From the NCBI GenBank assembly GCA_902597545.1, contig CACJYD010000005.1, forward strand, positions 5,420-69,419: a stretch of 64,000 nt of DNA, given 5' to 3'. Position numbers and translations under genes: made by a program. Source of the DNA: an uncultured Bacteroidota bacterium. GTDB lineage: Bacteria; Bacteroidota; Bacteroidia; Flavobacteriales; Flavobacteriaceae. Under the pieces are notes generated by a model. It was given only the letters and a program-made list of their open reading frames with translations, had not been told where the DNA came from and made no database searches. This document shows positions 34,999-44,554 of the stretch, one piece after another; the stretch's first letter is position 1, and each line of letters begins with the position of its first letter.

Positions 34999-35931
34999 AT
35001 GACAACTCAAATTCTATTACTAATCTCTGGATTGATTTTGCTAATTGGTGGAAGTAATTATCTTTTAAAATCAGCAGTTGAACTTTCAGTTAAATTAAAA
35101 TTATCAAAAGTTGTTATTGGCTTAACAGTTGTTTCTTTTGCTACATCAGCACCAGAGTTATTGATAAGTATTAGTTCTGCCCTCAAAGGCTCAGCTGATA
35201 TTGCAATCTCAAATGTAATAGGATCAAATATTGCAAATATAGGTTTGGTCCTAGGCTCAGCTTTGTTTTTTACAAGCATTAAAATTCCTAAATCTAATAT
35301 GGTCTATGATTGGACATTTTTGATGATTATTAGTTTTGTTTTTTATTTTTTTCTGGAAGATTATACTGTAAACAGGGTAGAGGGAATAATTTTATTTACT
35401 GGATTAATTCTTTTTCTTTTTTTGATAGTAAAAATTAGAAAAGATGATAGTAATGAGGATATATCGGATGAAGTTACTTTATCAAACCTAAATATTTTAG
35501 TTTATATTATCGTGTCCAGTTTTGTGCTTTATGTTGGTTCTGAACTTTTTGTAAATAGTTCGATATATTTTGCAAAGTATTTTGGTGTATCAGAAAGAGT
35601 TATTGGATTAACTTTGGTTGCAATTGGAACTAGCTTGCCAGAACTTGTAACAACTCTTGTTGCTATTTATAAATCAGAATTAGACATTTCAATTGGTAAC
35701 ATAATTGGATCTAATATTTTTAATATTCTTGCAGTGATAGGCATTACTTCAATAATAACTGATTTAAATATTTTAAGTGATGGAATTTTGGAGTTTGATA
35801 TCTATGTAATGATACTATTTAGTTTTGTTTTATTACTCTTTTACCTTTCAACAAAAAAGAGATTACTAAATACATATCATGGTCTAATCTATTTTATATG
35901 CTTTATAGCATATTATATTTATATAATATAA
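34999..35931 (+). CDS. calcium/sodium:cation antiporter (CaCA / YrbG family)
   Basis: 310 aa, about 10 TM helices. Two alpha-repeats: GSNIANIGLVLG and GSNIFNILAVIG. Confidence 0.88.
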   Translation: MTTQILLLISGLILLIGGSNYLLKSAVELSVKLKLSKVVIGLTVVSFATSAPELLISISSALKGSADIAISNVIGSNIANIGLVLGSALFFTSIKIPKSNMVYDWTFLMIISFVFYFFLEDYTVNRVEGIILFTGLILFLFLIVKIRKDDSNEDISDEVTLSNLNILVYIIVSSFVLYVGSELFVNSSIYFAKYFGVSERVIGLTLVAIGTSLPELVTTLVAIYKSELDISIGNIIGSNIFNILAVIGITSIITDLNILSDGILEFDIYVMILFSFVLLLFYLSTKKRLLNTYHGLIYFICFIAYYIYII

Positions 35932-35959
35932 AAAAACACCCCTAAAAGAGGTGTTTTTT
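35931..35959. terminator. bidirectional terminator between the convergent antiporter and glutamine synthetase genes
   Basis: AAAAAACACC-cctaaaaga-GGTGTTTTTT. The stem is extended by A/T pairs, so a U-tract follows on both strands. Confidence 0.7.
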
Positions 35960-35981
35960 GAATTAAAATTTAACTTAATAA

Positions 35982-36989
35982 TTAAACTTTTGCAGACTTA
36001 ACTGTCTTAATAATTCTAGCTGCAATTTTATATGGATCACCATTAGATGCTGGTCTTCTATCTTCTAGCCAGCCTTTATAACCTTTTTCAACTGTTATAA
36101 TTGGAATTCTAATAGAAGCTCCTCTATCTGAAACACCATAACTAAACTCTGTTATTGATTGTGTTTCGTGATCACCAGTAAGTCTTTGATCGTTGTAAGC
36201 TCCATAGACAGCAATATGTTCATTTACAACGGGTCTGAAAGCTTCACAAATAGCTTCATATGTTTCTTTAGATCCACATGTTCTTAGTGTTGTGTTAGAG
36301 AAATTTGCATGCATTCCTGATCCATTCCAGTCTGTAGCTCCAAGTGGTTTTGGATGATACTCAATAGCTAAACCATATTCTTCAGCTAATCTTTCTAAGA
36401 AGTATCTAGCAACCCAAATTTCGTCACCAGCTTTAGCAGCGCCTTTAGCAAAAATTTGGAACTCCCATTGTCCTGCAGCAACCTCAGCATTAGTACCTTC
36501 TATATTTATTCCAGCATCAATGCATATGTCTAAGTGTCTATCCATTATTTCTCTTCCAAATGCATTTTTACCACCAACTGAACAATAAAATTGACCTTGT
36601 GGCGTCTGGTCTTTTGGAAAGCCTAATGGGAGGTTTGTTTCTGGATCCCACAAGAAATACTCTTGTTCAAATCCAAACCAGAAATCATCATCATCATCAT
36701 CGATAGTAGCTCTACCATTTGATTCGTGAGGTGATCCGTCTGAATTCAATACTTCATTCATAACAATCCATCCATCCTTTCTAACTGGATCTGGATAAAT
36801 AGCAACAGGTTTTAGCAAACAGTCAGATGAGCCGCCTGGTGCCTGTTGGGTAGAACTTCCATCAAAAGCCCAAATAGGACAATCTTCGAGTTTACCACTA
36901 AAATCTGATACAACCTTTGTTTTTCCGCGTAAGCTTTGGGTTGGTTTGTATCCATCCAACCATAAATATTCTAGTTTTGATTTGCCCAT
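35982..36989 (-). CDS. glnII: glutamine synthetase type II
   Basis: 335 aa. Eukaryote-like GSII motifs are FGFEQEYFL, GTNAEVAAGQWEFQI, NGSGMHANFS, RLTGDHETQSI and EDRRPASNGDPY. Confidence 0.93.
   Translation of the reverse strand: MGKSKLEYLWLDGYKPTQSLRGKTKVVSDFSGKLEDCPIWAFDGSSTQQAPGGSSDCLLKPVAIYPDPVRKDGWIVMNEVLNSDGSPHESNGRATIDDDDDDFWFGFEQEYFLWDPETNLPLGFPKDQTPQGQFYCSVGGKNAFGREIMDRHLDICIDAGINIEGTNAEVAAGQWEFQIFAKGAAKAGDEIWVARYFLERLAEEYGLAIEYHPKPLGATDWNGSGMHANFSNTTLRTCGSKETYEAICEAFRPVVNEHIAVYGAYNDQRLTGDHETQSITEFSYGVSDRGASIRIPIITVEKGYKGWLEDRRPASNGDPYKIAARIIKTVKSAKV
36684..36701 (-). repeat. perfect (GAT)6 trinucleotide repeat encoding a hexa-Asp run inside glnII
   Basis: The plus strand reads ATC x6 at 36684-36701. 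The protein reads ...ATIDDDDDDFWFGFEQEY. Confidence 0.9.
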
Positions 36990-37205
36990 AACAATTTATG
37001 TTTACGTGTTTATAGGGAATTAAAAGTATAATTAATTTGGGAAATATAATTACTAGAAAAATCAATTTTATTTCTTTTTATTAACATCACATTTTTTAGT
37101 TATTTTTTTTTAGTTTTTAATAATTTTCAGGCTTTAAAATTCAATATTATTTAAAAAAATATTTTATTTATAATTCTATATTTTTTTCTAATCTTTTTTA
37201 AGCCG

Positions 37206-37213
37206 TATCTTTG
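37206..37213 (+). promoter_or_regulatory. candidate -7 promoter box (TATCTTTG) for purM
   Basis: Exact TAnnTTTG match 20 nt upstream of the TTG start at 37234. Confidence 0.35.
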
Positions 37214-37233
37214 GATAAATATTAAAAAATTAG

Positions 37234-38406
37234 TTGGATAATTTATCAAAATATGACAGCAGAGGAGTTTCATTTGATAAGAAAGAGGTTCATGAAGCAA
37301 TCAAAAATGTTGATAAAGGTCTTTTCCCAAAAGCTTTCTGTAAAATCATTCCTGATTTAATATCTGGTAATGATGATTATTGTATTGTAATGCACGCTGA
37401 TGGAGCAGGTACAAAGTCATCTTTGGCTTATGCCTATTGGAAAGAGACAGGAGACATTAGTGTTTGGAAAGGTATTGCTCAAGACTCATTGATTATGAAT
37501 ATTGATGATTTAATCTGCGTTGGTGCTGTTGACAATATAATTGTTTCTTCAACTATTGGTAGAAATAAAAAGCTAATAACTGGCGATGTATTAAAAGCAA
37601 TTATTGAAGGTAATGAATTAGTTATTTCAAAATTAAATTCCTTTGGAATTAATATAAAATCCTCAGGAGGTGAAACAGCTGATGTTGGGGATTTGGTAAA
37701 AACAATTATTGTTGATTCAACAGTTGTATCACGACTTAAAAAAAGTGATGTAATTGACAACTCTAAAATTAGATCTGGAAATGTAATTGTTGGATTAGCA
37801 TCATTTGGTAAAACAAACTATGAAAAGGAATATAATAGTGGAATTGGAAGTAATGGATTGACTTCAGCTAGGCATGATGTATTTCAAAAGTATTTAAAAG
37901 AAAAGTATCCAGAAACTTATGACAATTCACTGGATGATAGTCTTGTTTATACTGGTTCAAAAAAGCTCACTGATAAAATTGATGGATATGATCATGATAT
38001 TGGTAAGTTAGTTTTATCTCCAACGAGAACCTATGCTCCAGTAGTAAAAGAAATCATTTCTAAAGTTGGTGTGTCTAATATTGATGGAATGATTCATTGT
38101 AGTGGTGGAGCACAAACTAAGGTTCTGCATTTTGTTGAAAATAAACACATTATTAAAGATAACTTGTTCAATACACCAATTATTTTTGATTTAATCCAAG
38201 ATGAATCTAAAACATCCTGGAAAGAAATGTACCAGGTTTTTAACATGGGGCACAGACTTGAAATTTATACAGATAAACTTTCTGCTCAGAAAATAATTGA
38301 TATAAGTGCTTCATTCAATTTAGAAGCTAGAATAATTGGAAGGGTAGAAAATTCTATTTCTAATAAGCTTTCGATTTCTGGTGATAAAGGAAACTTTGAG
38401 TATTAA
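37234..38406 (+). CDS. purM: phosphoribosylformylglycinamidine cyclo-ligase (AIR synthase)
   Basis: 390 aa, TTG start. PurM-family motifs are [13 protein letters not shown] and [10 protein letters not shown]. Confidence 0.82.
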   Translation: MDNLSKYDSRGVSFDKKEVHEAIKNVDKGLFPKAFCKIIPDLISGNDDYCIVMHADGAGTKSSLAYAYWKETGDISVWKGIAQDSLIMNIDDLICVGAVDNIIVSSTIGRNKKLITGDVLKAIIEGNELVISKLNSFGINIKSSGGETADVGDLVKTIIVDSTVVSRLKKSDVIDNSKIRSGNVIVGLASFGKTNYEKEYNSGIGSNGLTSARHDVFQKYLKEKYPETYDNSLDDSLVYTGSKKLTDKIDGYDHDIGKLVLSPTRTYAPVVKEIISKVGVSNIDGMIHCSGGAQTKVLHFVENKHIIKDNLFNTPIIFDLIQDESKTSWKEMYQVFNMGHRLEIYTDKLSAQKIIDISASFNLEARIIGRVENSISNKLSISGDKGNFEY

Positions 38407-38407
38407 A

Positions 38408-39478
38408 ATGTTAGAAAAGTTAAAAATACTAGAGGAAAGATTTAATGAATTATCTAAAATGCTGATTCAACCTGATATTATTTCAGACCAATCTAAATAT
38501 ATTAAGATATCAAAGGAATACAAAGATTTAAAAACAGTAGTTGATAAGAAAAATGAATATGAAAATGTATTAGCAAATATTGAAGAAGCAAAAGATATTA
38601 TTAAAAATGAGAATGATAAAGAAATGATTGATTTAGCCAGTCAAGAACTTAATGATGCAAAAAATAAAATTTCAATAATTGAGGAAGATTTAAGGAAGAT
38701 GTTAATTCCAAAAGATCCTGATGACCCAAAGAACATAGTAATGGAATTAAGAGCAGGAACTGGAGGAGATGAGGCTAGTATATTTGCTGGTGATTTGTTT
38801 AGAATGTATACTAAGTATGCTGAAAAAAAGGGATGGAATGTTAACCTTGTTGATTTTAATGAAGGTACGGCAGGGGGTTATAAAGAAATTATTTTTGAAA
38901 TTAATGGGGAGGACGTTTATGGCACCATGAAGTTTGAATCTGGAGTTCATAGAGTTCAACGTGTTCCTCAAACCGAAACTCAAGGAAGGGTACATACTTC
39001 TGCTGCCACAGTTATCGTTTTACCAGAAGCAGAAGAATTTGATGTTGATTTAAATATGCAAGATGTTAGGATTGAAAGAACAACCTCTACTGGACCTGGC
39101 GGTCAATCCGTTAATACTACCTATTCAGCTATTAAACTTCACCACGAACCAACAGGTATTATTGTTAGCTGTCAAGATCAAAAATCACAGCACAAGAATT
39201 TAGATAAAGCTTTGAAGGTTCTCAGATCAAGACTTTATGAGCTCGAAATGAAAAAAAGAGAAGAAGCAGATTCGGCAAAAAGAAATTCCATGGTTTCATC
39301 CGGAGATCGATCTGCAAAAATTAGGACATATAATTATCCACAGGGACGTGTCACCGATCATAGAATTAATTTAACTTTATACGATTTGCAAAATATTGTT
39401 AATGGTGATATCGATAAATTAGTAGAAGAACTCAAAATAGTTCAAGATTCTGAGTTGATTAAAAATGAAGAAATATAA
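38408..39478 (+). CDS. prfA: peptide chain release factor 1
   Basis: The ATG at 38408 is 2 nt after the purM stop and gives [12 protein letters not shown]. Tripeptide region [14 protein letters not shown] and GGQ motif [12 protein letters not shown]. No internal frameshift site. Confidence 0.93.
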   Translation: MLEKLKILEERFNELSKMLIQPDIISDQSKYIKISKEYKDLKTVVDKKNEYENVLANIEEAKDIIKNENDKEMIDLASQELNDAKNKISIIEEDLRKMLIPKDPDDPKNIVMELRAGTGGDEASIFAGDLFRMYTKYAEKKGWNVNLVDFNEGTAGGYKEIIFEINGEDVYGTMKFESGVHRVQRVPQTETQGRVHTSAATVIVLPEAEEFDVDLNMQDVRIERTTSTGPGGQSVNTTYSAIKLHHEPTGIIVSCQDQKSQHKNLDKALKVLRSRLYELEMKKREEADSAKRNSMVSSGDRSAKIRTYNYPQGRVTDHRINLTLYDLQNIVNGDIDKLVEELKIVQDSELIKNEEI

Positions 39479-40268
39479 AATGAATTTCATTCAATTAGAG
39501 CAAAATATAATTTCAAAAAAGACTTTTTTATGTTTAGGATTAGATACTGATATAGATAAAATCCCTAACCACTTATTAAATTCACAGGATCCTGTTTTTG
39601 ATTTTAATAAATCATTAGTTGATCGACTATCATCAAAAATAGTTGCTGTAAAAATTAATACAGCTTTTTATGAGTCTAGAGGAAAAGATGGATGGTCATC
39701 ACTTGAAAAATCTATTGATTACATTAAATCAAATCATCCAGATTTATTTACAATTGCAGATGCAAAACGAGCTGATATAGGAAATACATCTGAAATGTAT
39801 GCAAAAGCTTTTTTTGAAAAAATGAATTTTGATTCAATAACTCTATCACCATACATGGGTGAAGATTCAGTAAAAGAGTTTTTGAAATATGATGATAAAT
39901 ACGCAATACTACTTGCACTTACCTCAAATCATGGGGCAAATGATTTTCAACTACCTAATGATTTATTTTTAGATGTTATATCTAAATCTCAGAAATGGAA
40001 TAATTCTCAAAAATTAATGTATGTCGTTGGAGCTACAAAATCTGACTATCTAGAGAAAATTCGGGATATAACAAAAGATAATTTTTTACTTATTCCAGGA
40101 ATTGGAACACAGGGTGGTAATCTTCAACAAACAATCGCAAATTCAACTAAGCTTAACAAAAGAATATTGATTAATATGTCTCGGTCAATTATTTACGCCA
40201 GCAACGGAGTCAATTATCTTGATTCTGCAGAGAAGGTTGTTGATGATTTTAATTTAAAATCTTTTTAA
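39465..40268 (+). CDS. pyrF: orotidine 5'-phosphate decarboxylase (type 2)
   Basis: Motifs [20 protein letters not shown] and PGIGTQGG. The start may instead be the ATG at 39480, 2 nt after the prfA stop. Confidence 0.88.
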   Translation: MKKYKMNFIQLEQNIISKKTFLCLGLDTDIDKIPNHLLNSQDPVFDFNKSLVDRLSSKIVAVKINTAFYESRGKDGWSSLEKSIDYIKSNHPDLFTIADAKRADIGNTSEMYAKAFFEKMNFDSITLSPYMGEDSVKEFLKYDDKYAILLALTSNHGANDFQLPNDLFLDVISKSQKWNNSQKLMYVVGATKSDYLEKIRDITKDNFLLIPGIGTQGGNLQQTIANSTKLNKRILINMSRSIIYASNGVNYLDSAEKVVDDFNLKSF

Positions 40269-40301
40269 AAAAAGAAAGGTTGCCCCATGCGACAACCTTT
40301 C
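40267..40301 (-). terminator. rho-independent terminator for the porin-amt operon (minus strand)
   Basis: 9-bp stem GAAAGGTTG/CAACCTTTC (40274-40282 / 40293-40301) with a 10-nt loop. The A7 run at 40267-40273 gives a U-tract on the minus strand. Confidence 0.65.
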
Positions 40302-40377
40302 AAAGAATTAGACAATAATTTTAAACAACTAACAAACTATTATGGATATTATTATCTAATAAAATTTGTAAAATATA

Positions 40378-41610
40378 TTACTTGTGATATTTTTTACTTG
40401 TGATTTGGAATTGAGCATAAGCTAAACTACCATCATGTTCAGAAATATCTAATCCAACCTCCTCAGCATCCTCAGAAACCCTTAAGCCTTTAACAGCTTT
40501 AACAAGTTGAACAATAATAGTTCCTGCAACAATGCAGAATACTCCAGTTATTCCAACACATGCAAGTTGAATCATAAATTGATCAAAACTAGCCATGCTT
40601 CCAAAAATACCTACTGCTAATGTTCCCCAAATACCGCAGAAAAGGTGAACTGGAATTGCTCCTACTGGATCATCAAGTTCTGCATTTTCAAGAAGGCTAG
40701 AACTTAGAAATACAATAGGACCTGAAATAATTCCTATAGCAATTGAGCTTCCTGGTAGCATTAAGTCAGCACCAGCAGTAATTCCTACTAAGCCACCAAG
40801 TACACCATTCATAAACATCATGATATCAGCCTTTCCATAAAATAATTTGTAAAAACCTGCACAAGATAATCCACCTGCAGCAGCAGCTAGACAAGTATTT
40901 ACTAAAGTAACCGATGTTAAAGAAGGATCTGCTGAAAGAACTGAGCCACCATTAAATCCAAACCAGCCTAACCATAGTATTACAACTCCTGCAGCTGATA
41001 ACGGTATGTTTGACCCAGGAATTACAGCTCCATCTTTTCCGAATCTTCCTTTTCTAGCTCCAAGGAAATAAATTACAACTAGAGCACCCCATCCTCCAAC
41101 AGCATGCACTAAAGTAGAACCTGCAAAATCATAAAAACCAGCAGCATCCATGAAGCCACCTCCCCATTTCCAAGCACCTACAATAGGATAAACGATTGCG
41201 ACATATAAACTCGCTATTAACATAAAAGAACTAATTTTAATTCTTTCAGCAACCGCACCAGAAATAATTGTTGCAGCAGTTGCAGCGAACATACCTTGGA
41301 ACAGAAAATCAGTCCAGTAAGTGTAACCTTCATTGTATGAAAGATCTGCAGCAGTTTCGGCATCCAGCCCAAAGACAGGGGATCCCAAATAACCTTCAAT
41401 TAGCCAATCACTAGGGTACATTAGATTAAATCCAATAGCACAGTAAATAACTAGACCCGCTGTGATTACAAAGAAGTTTTTAAATAAAATGTTAATTGAA
41501 TTCTTTTGTCTTGTTGCACCAACTTCTAAAAAAGTAAAGCCTAAGTGCATAAAGAAAACTAGAAAAGTACAGACCATCATCCATACATTGTTTGTTGTTA
41601 ATAATTCCAT
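40378..41610 (-). CDS. amt: ammonium transporter
   Basis: 410 aa, 11-12 TM helices. Amt/MEP motifs are FAGSTLVHAVGGWGAL, GWFGFNGGS and AIPVHLFCGIWGTL. Confidence 0.93.
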   Translation of the reverse strand: MELLTTNNVWMMVCTFLVFFMHLGFTFLEVGATRQKNSINILFKNFFVITAGLVIYCAIGFNLMYPSDWLIEGYLGSPVFGLDAETAADLSYNEGYTYWTDFLFQGMFAATAATIISGAVAERIKISSFMLIASLYVAIVYPIVGAWKWGGGFMDAAGFYDFAGSTLVHAVGGWGALVVIYFLGARKGRFGKDGAVIPGSNIPLSAAGVVILWLGWFGFNGGSVLSADPSLTSVTLVNTCLAAAAGGLSCAGFYKLFYGKADIMMFMNGVLGGLVGITAGADLMLPGSSIAIGIISGPIVFLSSSLLENAELDDPVGAIPVHLFCGIWGTLAVGIFGSMASFDQFMIQLACVGITGVFCIVAGTIIVQLVKAVKGLRVSEDAEEVGLDISEHDGSLAYAQFQITSKKYHK

Positions 41611-41630
41611 AATTCTAAATATTAATTAAG

Positions 41631-42281
41631 TTAAAAACTAGCTCCAATCACAATAAATGCACCTTCAGACTTTGGATTCAGAATGAAAGATGAAAATAAT
41701 GGTAATGAATAGTCATCAGTTATTTTTATTTCCTTACTGTAGCTGAATGATACATTACAAATAGCACTTTCACCTGCACCAACATAGAAAGCGTCAGCAC
41801 TATCACTTCCAAAACCGATAGCAAAATCAACAGCACCTAAGCCAAATCCTGCTTCAATGTAAAGTGTTTCAAGATCAGGAAAATAACCACCCATTAGTGA
41901 TAAACCACCTATTTCTGTCGATGCAGAAATTTCAAGGTCTCCTTCAAAAAAACCTCCAGTACTGTAAGTGCCATCTCCGTCAGGAAATGTATAGTTAGTT
42001 ACAGTTAAAGCTAGCGGGCCAAAATCATAAGATACATATGCATCTAATTCATTTCCACCTCCACCGGCAGTAGTAGGGAAACTTCCCCATAAACCTATTT
42101 CAAATCCACCTGAACCAGTAGAAATGTATGGTTGAATATGTGGACCTTCGCCAAATTGGGTACCTCTCCAAACGTATGAGCTAACCACATCAGCACCAAA
42201 ATCCTGAGACTGCACATTTTGATTTGTAAAAAAGAAAAATGCAGAACTCATTAATAATATTAATGTTTTAAATTTTTTCAT
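41631..42281 (-). CDS. small outer-membrane beta-barrel (porin-like) protein upstream of amt
   Basis: 216 aa with a signal peptide. Gly/aromatic-rich alternating strands and a C-terminal ...IGASF. 20 nt upstream of amt. Confidence 0.65.
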   Translation of the reverse strand: MKKFKTLILLMSSAFFFFTNQNVQSQDFGADVVSSYVWRGTQFGEGPHIQPYISTGSGGFEIGLWGSFPTTAGGGGNELDAYVSYDFGPLALTVTNYTFPDGDGTYSTGGFFEGDLEISASTEIGGLSLMGGYFPDLETLYIEAGFGLGAVDFAIGFGSDSADAFYVGAGESAICNVSFSYSKEIKITDDYSLPLFSSFILNPKSEGAFIVIGASF

Positions 42282-42477
42282 GTTTATTGAAATTTATAGT
42301 TATTAGTTGGTCTTAAATTTATGTAATATTAAATCTGGTTATCAACTAATTAAAATGGAAATACGACATTTTTAAGGATAATAAAATATCACATAACTAA
42401 AATTTAGAATATGATAAAAAATGGTATCATATTTTTGGAAATATTAAATTCAATTATTGTAAATAATTGGTAATCAA

Positions 42478-42852
42478 TTATTTAGATAGTACAGCGCCAA
42501 GATAGACAGCCATTACACCCAGGATAACACTAACTAAAGTATAAATTAAAAATGTTGAATAGTTACCATTATTTATTAAAGTTAATCCTTCACTAGAAAA
42601 GGTTGAGAATGTTGTAAAACCTCCACAAATGCCTATAGTTAAAAATGTAAATATTAAAGAATTTTGATTATTACTTTTCAAAAAATATCCAAGTGTCAAA
42701 CCAAGAATAAAACAACCAATAATATTTGTAATGAAAGTTGAGTAGGGAAAACTAGCGCTAGTAATAAAACTGAACTTACTAATTAAGTATCTTAGTGAGC
42801 TTCCTATTCCACCACCAATAAAAACTGCTATAATTTCTTTAAGCATTAACAA
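42478..42852 (-). CDS. crcB: fluoride ion channel CrcB/FluC
   Basis: 124 aa, 4 TM helices. Motifs GGGIGSSLRY and ICGGFTTFSTFS. Confidence 0.92.
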   Translation of the reverse strand: MLMLKEIIAVFIGGGIGSSLRYLISKFSFITSASFPYSTFITNIIGCFILGLTLGYFLKSNNQNSLIFTFLTIGICGGFTTFSTFSSEGLTLINNGNYSTFLIYTLVSVILGVMAVYLGAVLSK

Positions 42853-43027
42853 GTTTTTTTAACAATACAAGAATCAAAAAAAATACAATGAATCCAATTA
42901 AAACCCATTTAACTCCTTTATATGTATTTTTTAAGAAAATTAAATCTTTCTTATAACTAATCGTAATAATAATAGTGAAAGCAATTACAAAAAAAATCGC
43001 GAAAATTAGCTGTCCTTGTGTAAACAT
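42839..43027 (-). CDS. small two-TM membrane protein translationally coupled to crcB
   Basis: 62 aa with two hydrophobic helices. Its stop overlaps the crcB start region by 14 nt. Confidence 0.5.
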   Translation of the reverse strand: MFTQGQLIFAIFFVIAFTIIITISYKKDLIFLKNTYKGVKWVLIGFIVFFLILVLLKKLVNA

Positions 43028-43064
43028 ATTTATTTTTATAAATATAATTCAAATTAAATTTCTC

Positions 43065-43448
43065 ATGAAAAAACAATTAGATTCAGTAAAACATTTTCAC
43101 GAAACTTATAAGCTATCATATAATATTAATCCTGTTGCAAACCTTGGCTCTAATAAAAATAAATTAAGATTTGATTTAATGGCTGAAGAAAATAATGAAT
43201 ACATCAATGCAGCAAATAATAACGATATTGTTGAGGTTGCAGATGCTTTAGGTGATATGCTATATATTTTGTGCGGTACTATAATTGAACATGGAATGCA
43301 GGATATAATTGAACCAATCTTTGATGAAATACAAAAAAGTAATATGAGCAAATTAGGTTTAGATGGAAATCCGATATACAGAGACGATGGAAAAGTTTTA
43401 AAAGGTCCAAATTATGTTAAACCAAACTTTGATAAATTTTTTAAGTAA
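43065..43448 (+). CDS. MazG-like / PRA-PH-type nucleoside triphosphate pyrophosphohydrolase family protein
   Basis: The internal ATG at 43065 gives MKKQLDSVKHFHETY. Also RFDLMAEENNEY...EVADALGDMLYILCG, which is the EExxE...D metal-binding helix pattern. Confidence 0.7.
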   Translation: MKKQLDSVKHFHETYKLSYNINPVANLGSNKNKLRFDLMAEENNEYINAANNNDIVEVADALGDMLYILCGTIIEHGMQDIIEPIFDEIQKSNMSKLGLDGNPIYRDDGKVLKGPNYVKPNFDKFFK

Positions 43449-44490
43449 TTTTTAATTTCCAATCTTCAAAATCCAAAGATCTGTCATATTGTATGTCATT
43501 AAGTTTCTTTTTCAATTTGCTTGAGAATGAATTTTGAATGTCAGGAATGGTATAATCTTTATTTTGATATCCAAAGGATTCGATAGGTAAAACAACAACG
43601 GCAGTACCTGTTCCAAATATTTCTTTTAGATCACCTTTTTCAAAAGAGCTCAAAAGCTCATCAACTGTAATTGGTCTCTCTTCAACATCAATATTAAAAC
43701 TTTGAGCTAGCTCAATAATACTTTTTCGTGTAATACCGTCCAAGATACTATCACTGGTAGGAGATGTTATTAGCTTATCCTTAATTCTAAAAAATAAATT
43801 CATAGTGCCAGCTTCCTCGATTGATTTATGGTTATTAGAATCTGTCCATATTATTTGTTGATATCCTTCATTTTTTGCAAGTAAAGTCGGGTAAAATTGT
43901 GCTGCATAATTGCCTGCAGCCTTAGCGTAACCAACACCACCTTTAGCTGCACGGCTATACTTTTCTTCAATTTTAACTTTTATTTTTTGATCACCATAGT
44001 AAGATTTTGATGCACAACATATAATCATAAAAATATATTCATTTGCTTCGCTTGCATTAATAGAGGGTTCGGATGCAAAAACAAATGGGCGTATATACAA
44101 AGCATTTCCATCACCTTTTTTTACCCATTCACTATCTAATTTTAATAAATGAGTTAGTCCATTAAAAAAAATTTCTTTATCAATTTCAGGTATAGCCATT
44201 CTAGCGGATGATTTATTAAATCTTTTGAAATTTTCATCTGGTCTAAATAGGATCAAGGAATTATTTTCACTTTTGTAACATTTCATTCCTTCAAAGATTG
44301 CTTGACCATAATGAAATACTCTAGCCGAAGGACTAATTAGGAAATCACCATAAGGCATTATTTCACCTTCGCTCCATTGTCCATTTGAATATTTACTGAC
44401 GAAAATATGATCAGTAAATACTTTTCCAAATTCAAGATTTTCAAAATCAACGTTTCCGATTTTAGATTTTGTGGATAATGTGATTTTCAC
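43441..44490 (-). CDS. ilvE: branched-chain amino acid aminotransferase
   Basis: 349 aa, GTG start. Class IV aminotransferase pattern: YGQAIFEGMKCY, GVGYAKAAGNYA, GTMNLFF and GITRKS. Confidence 0.9.
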   Translation of the reverse strand: MKITLSTKSKIGNVDFENLEFGKVFTDHIFVSKYSNGQWSEGEIMPYGDFLISPSARVFHYGQAIFEGMKCYKSENNSLILFRPDENFKRFNKSSARMAIPEIDKEIFFNGLTHLLKLDSEWVKKGDGNALYIRPFVFASEPSINASEANEYIFMIICCASKSYYGDQKIKVKIEEKYSRAAKGGVGYAKAAGNYAAQFYPTLLAKNEGYQQIIWTDSNNHKSIEEAGTMNLFFRIKDKLITSPTSDSILDGITRKSIIELAQSFNIDVEERPITVDELLSSFEKGDLKEIFGTGTAVVVLPIESFGYQNKDYTIPDIQNSFSSKLKKKLNDIQYDRSLDFEDWKLKIT

Positions 44491-44521
44491 AACTAAATTT
44501 TAATAATGTAAAATTACAAAT

Positions 44522-44529
44522 TAACTTTG
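44522..44529 (+). promoter_or_regulatory. candidate -7 promoter box (TAACTTTG)
   Basis: Exact TAnnTTTG match 25 nt upstream of the ATG at 44555. Confidence 0.35.
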
Positions 44530-44554
44530 ATGATGTTAGTAATAAATTATAAAA

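Noticed and set aside
38381-39478. Programmed +1 frameshift of a release-factor gene.
   Set aside because: The gene is RF1 (PQT-type tripeptide region), not RF2, and it is a single uninterrupted frame.
42853-43064. Fluoride riboswitch upstream of crcB.
   Set aside because: The upstream sequence is occupied by a 62-codon membrane ORF. The remaining spacer is only 37 nt of A/T with no conserved riboswitch core.
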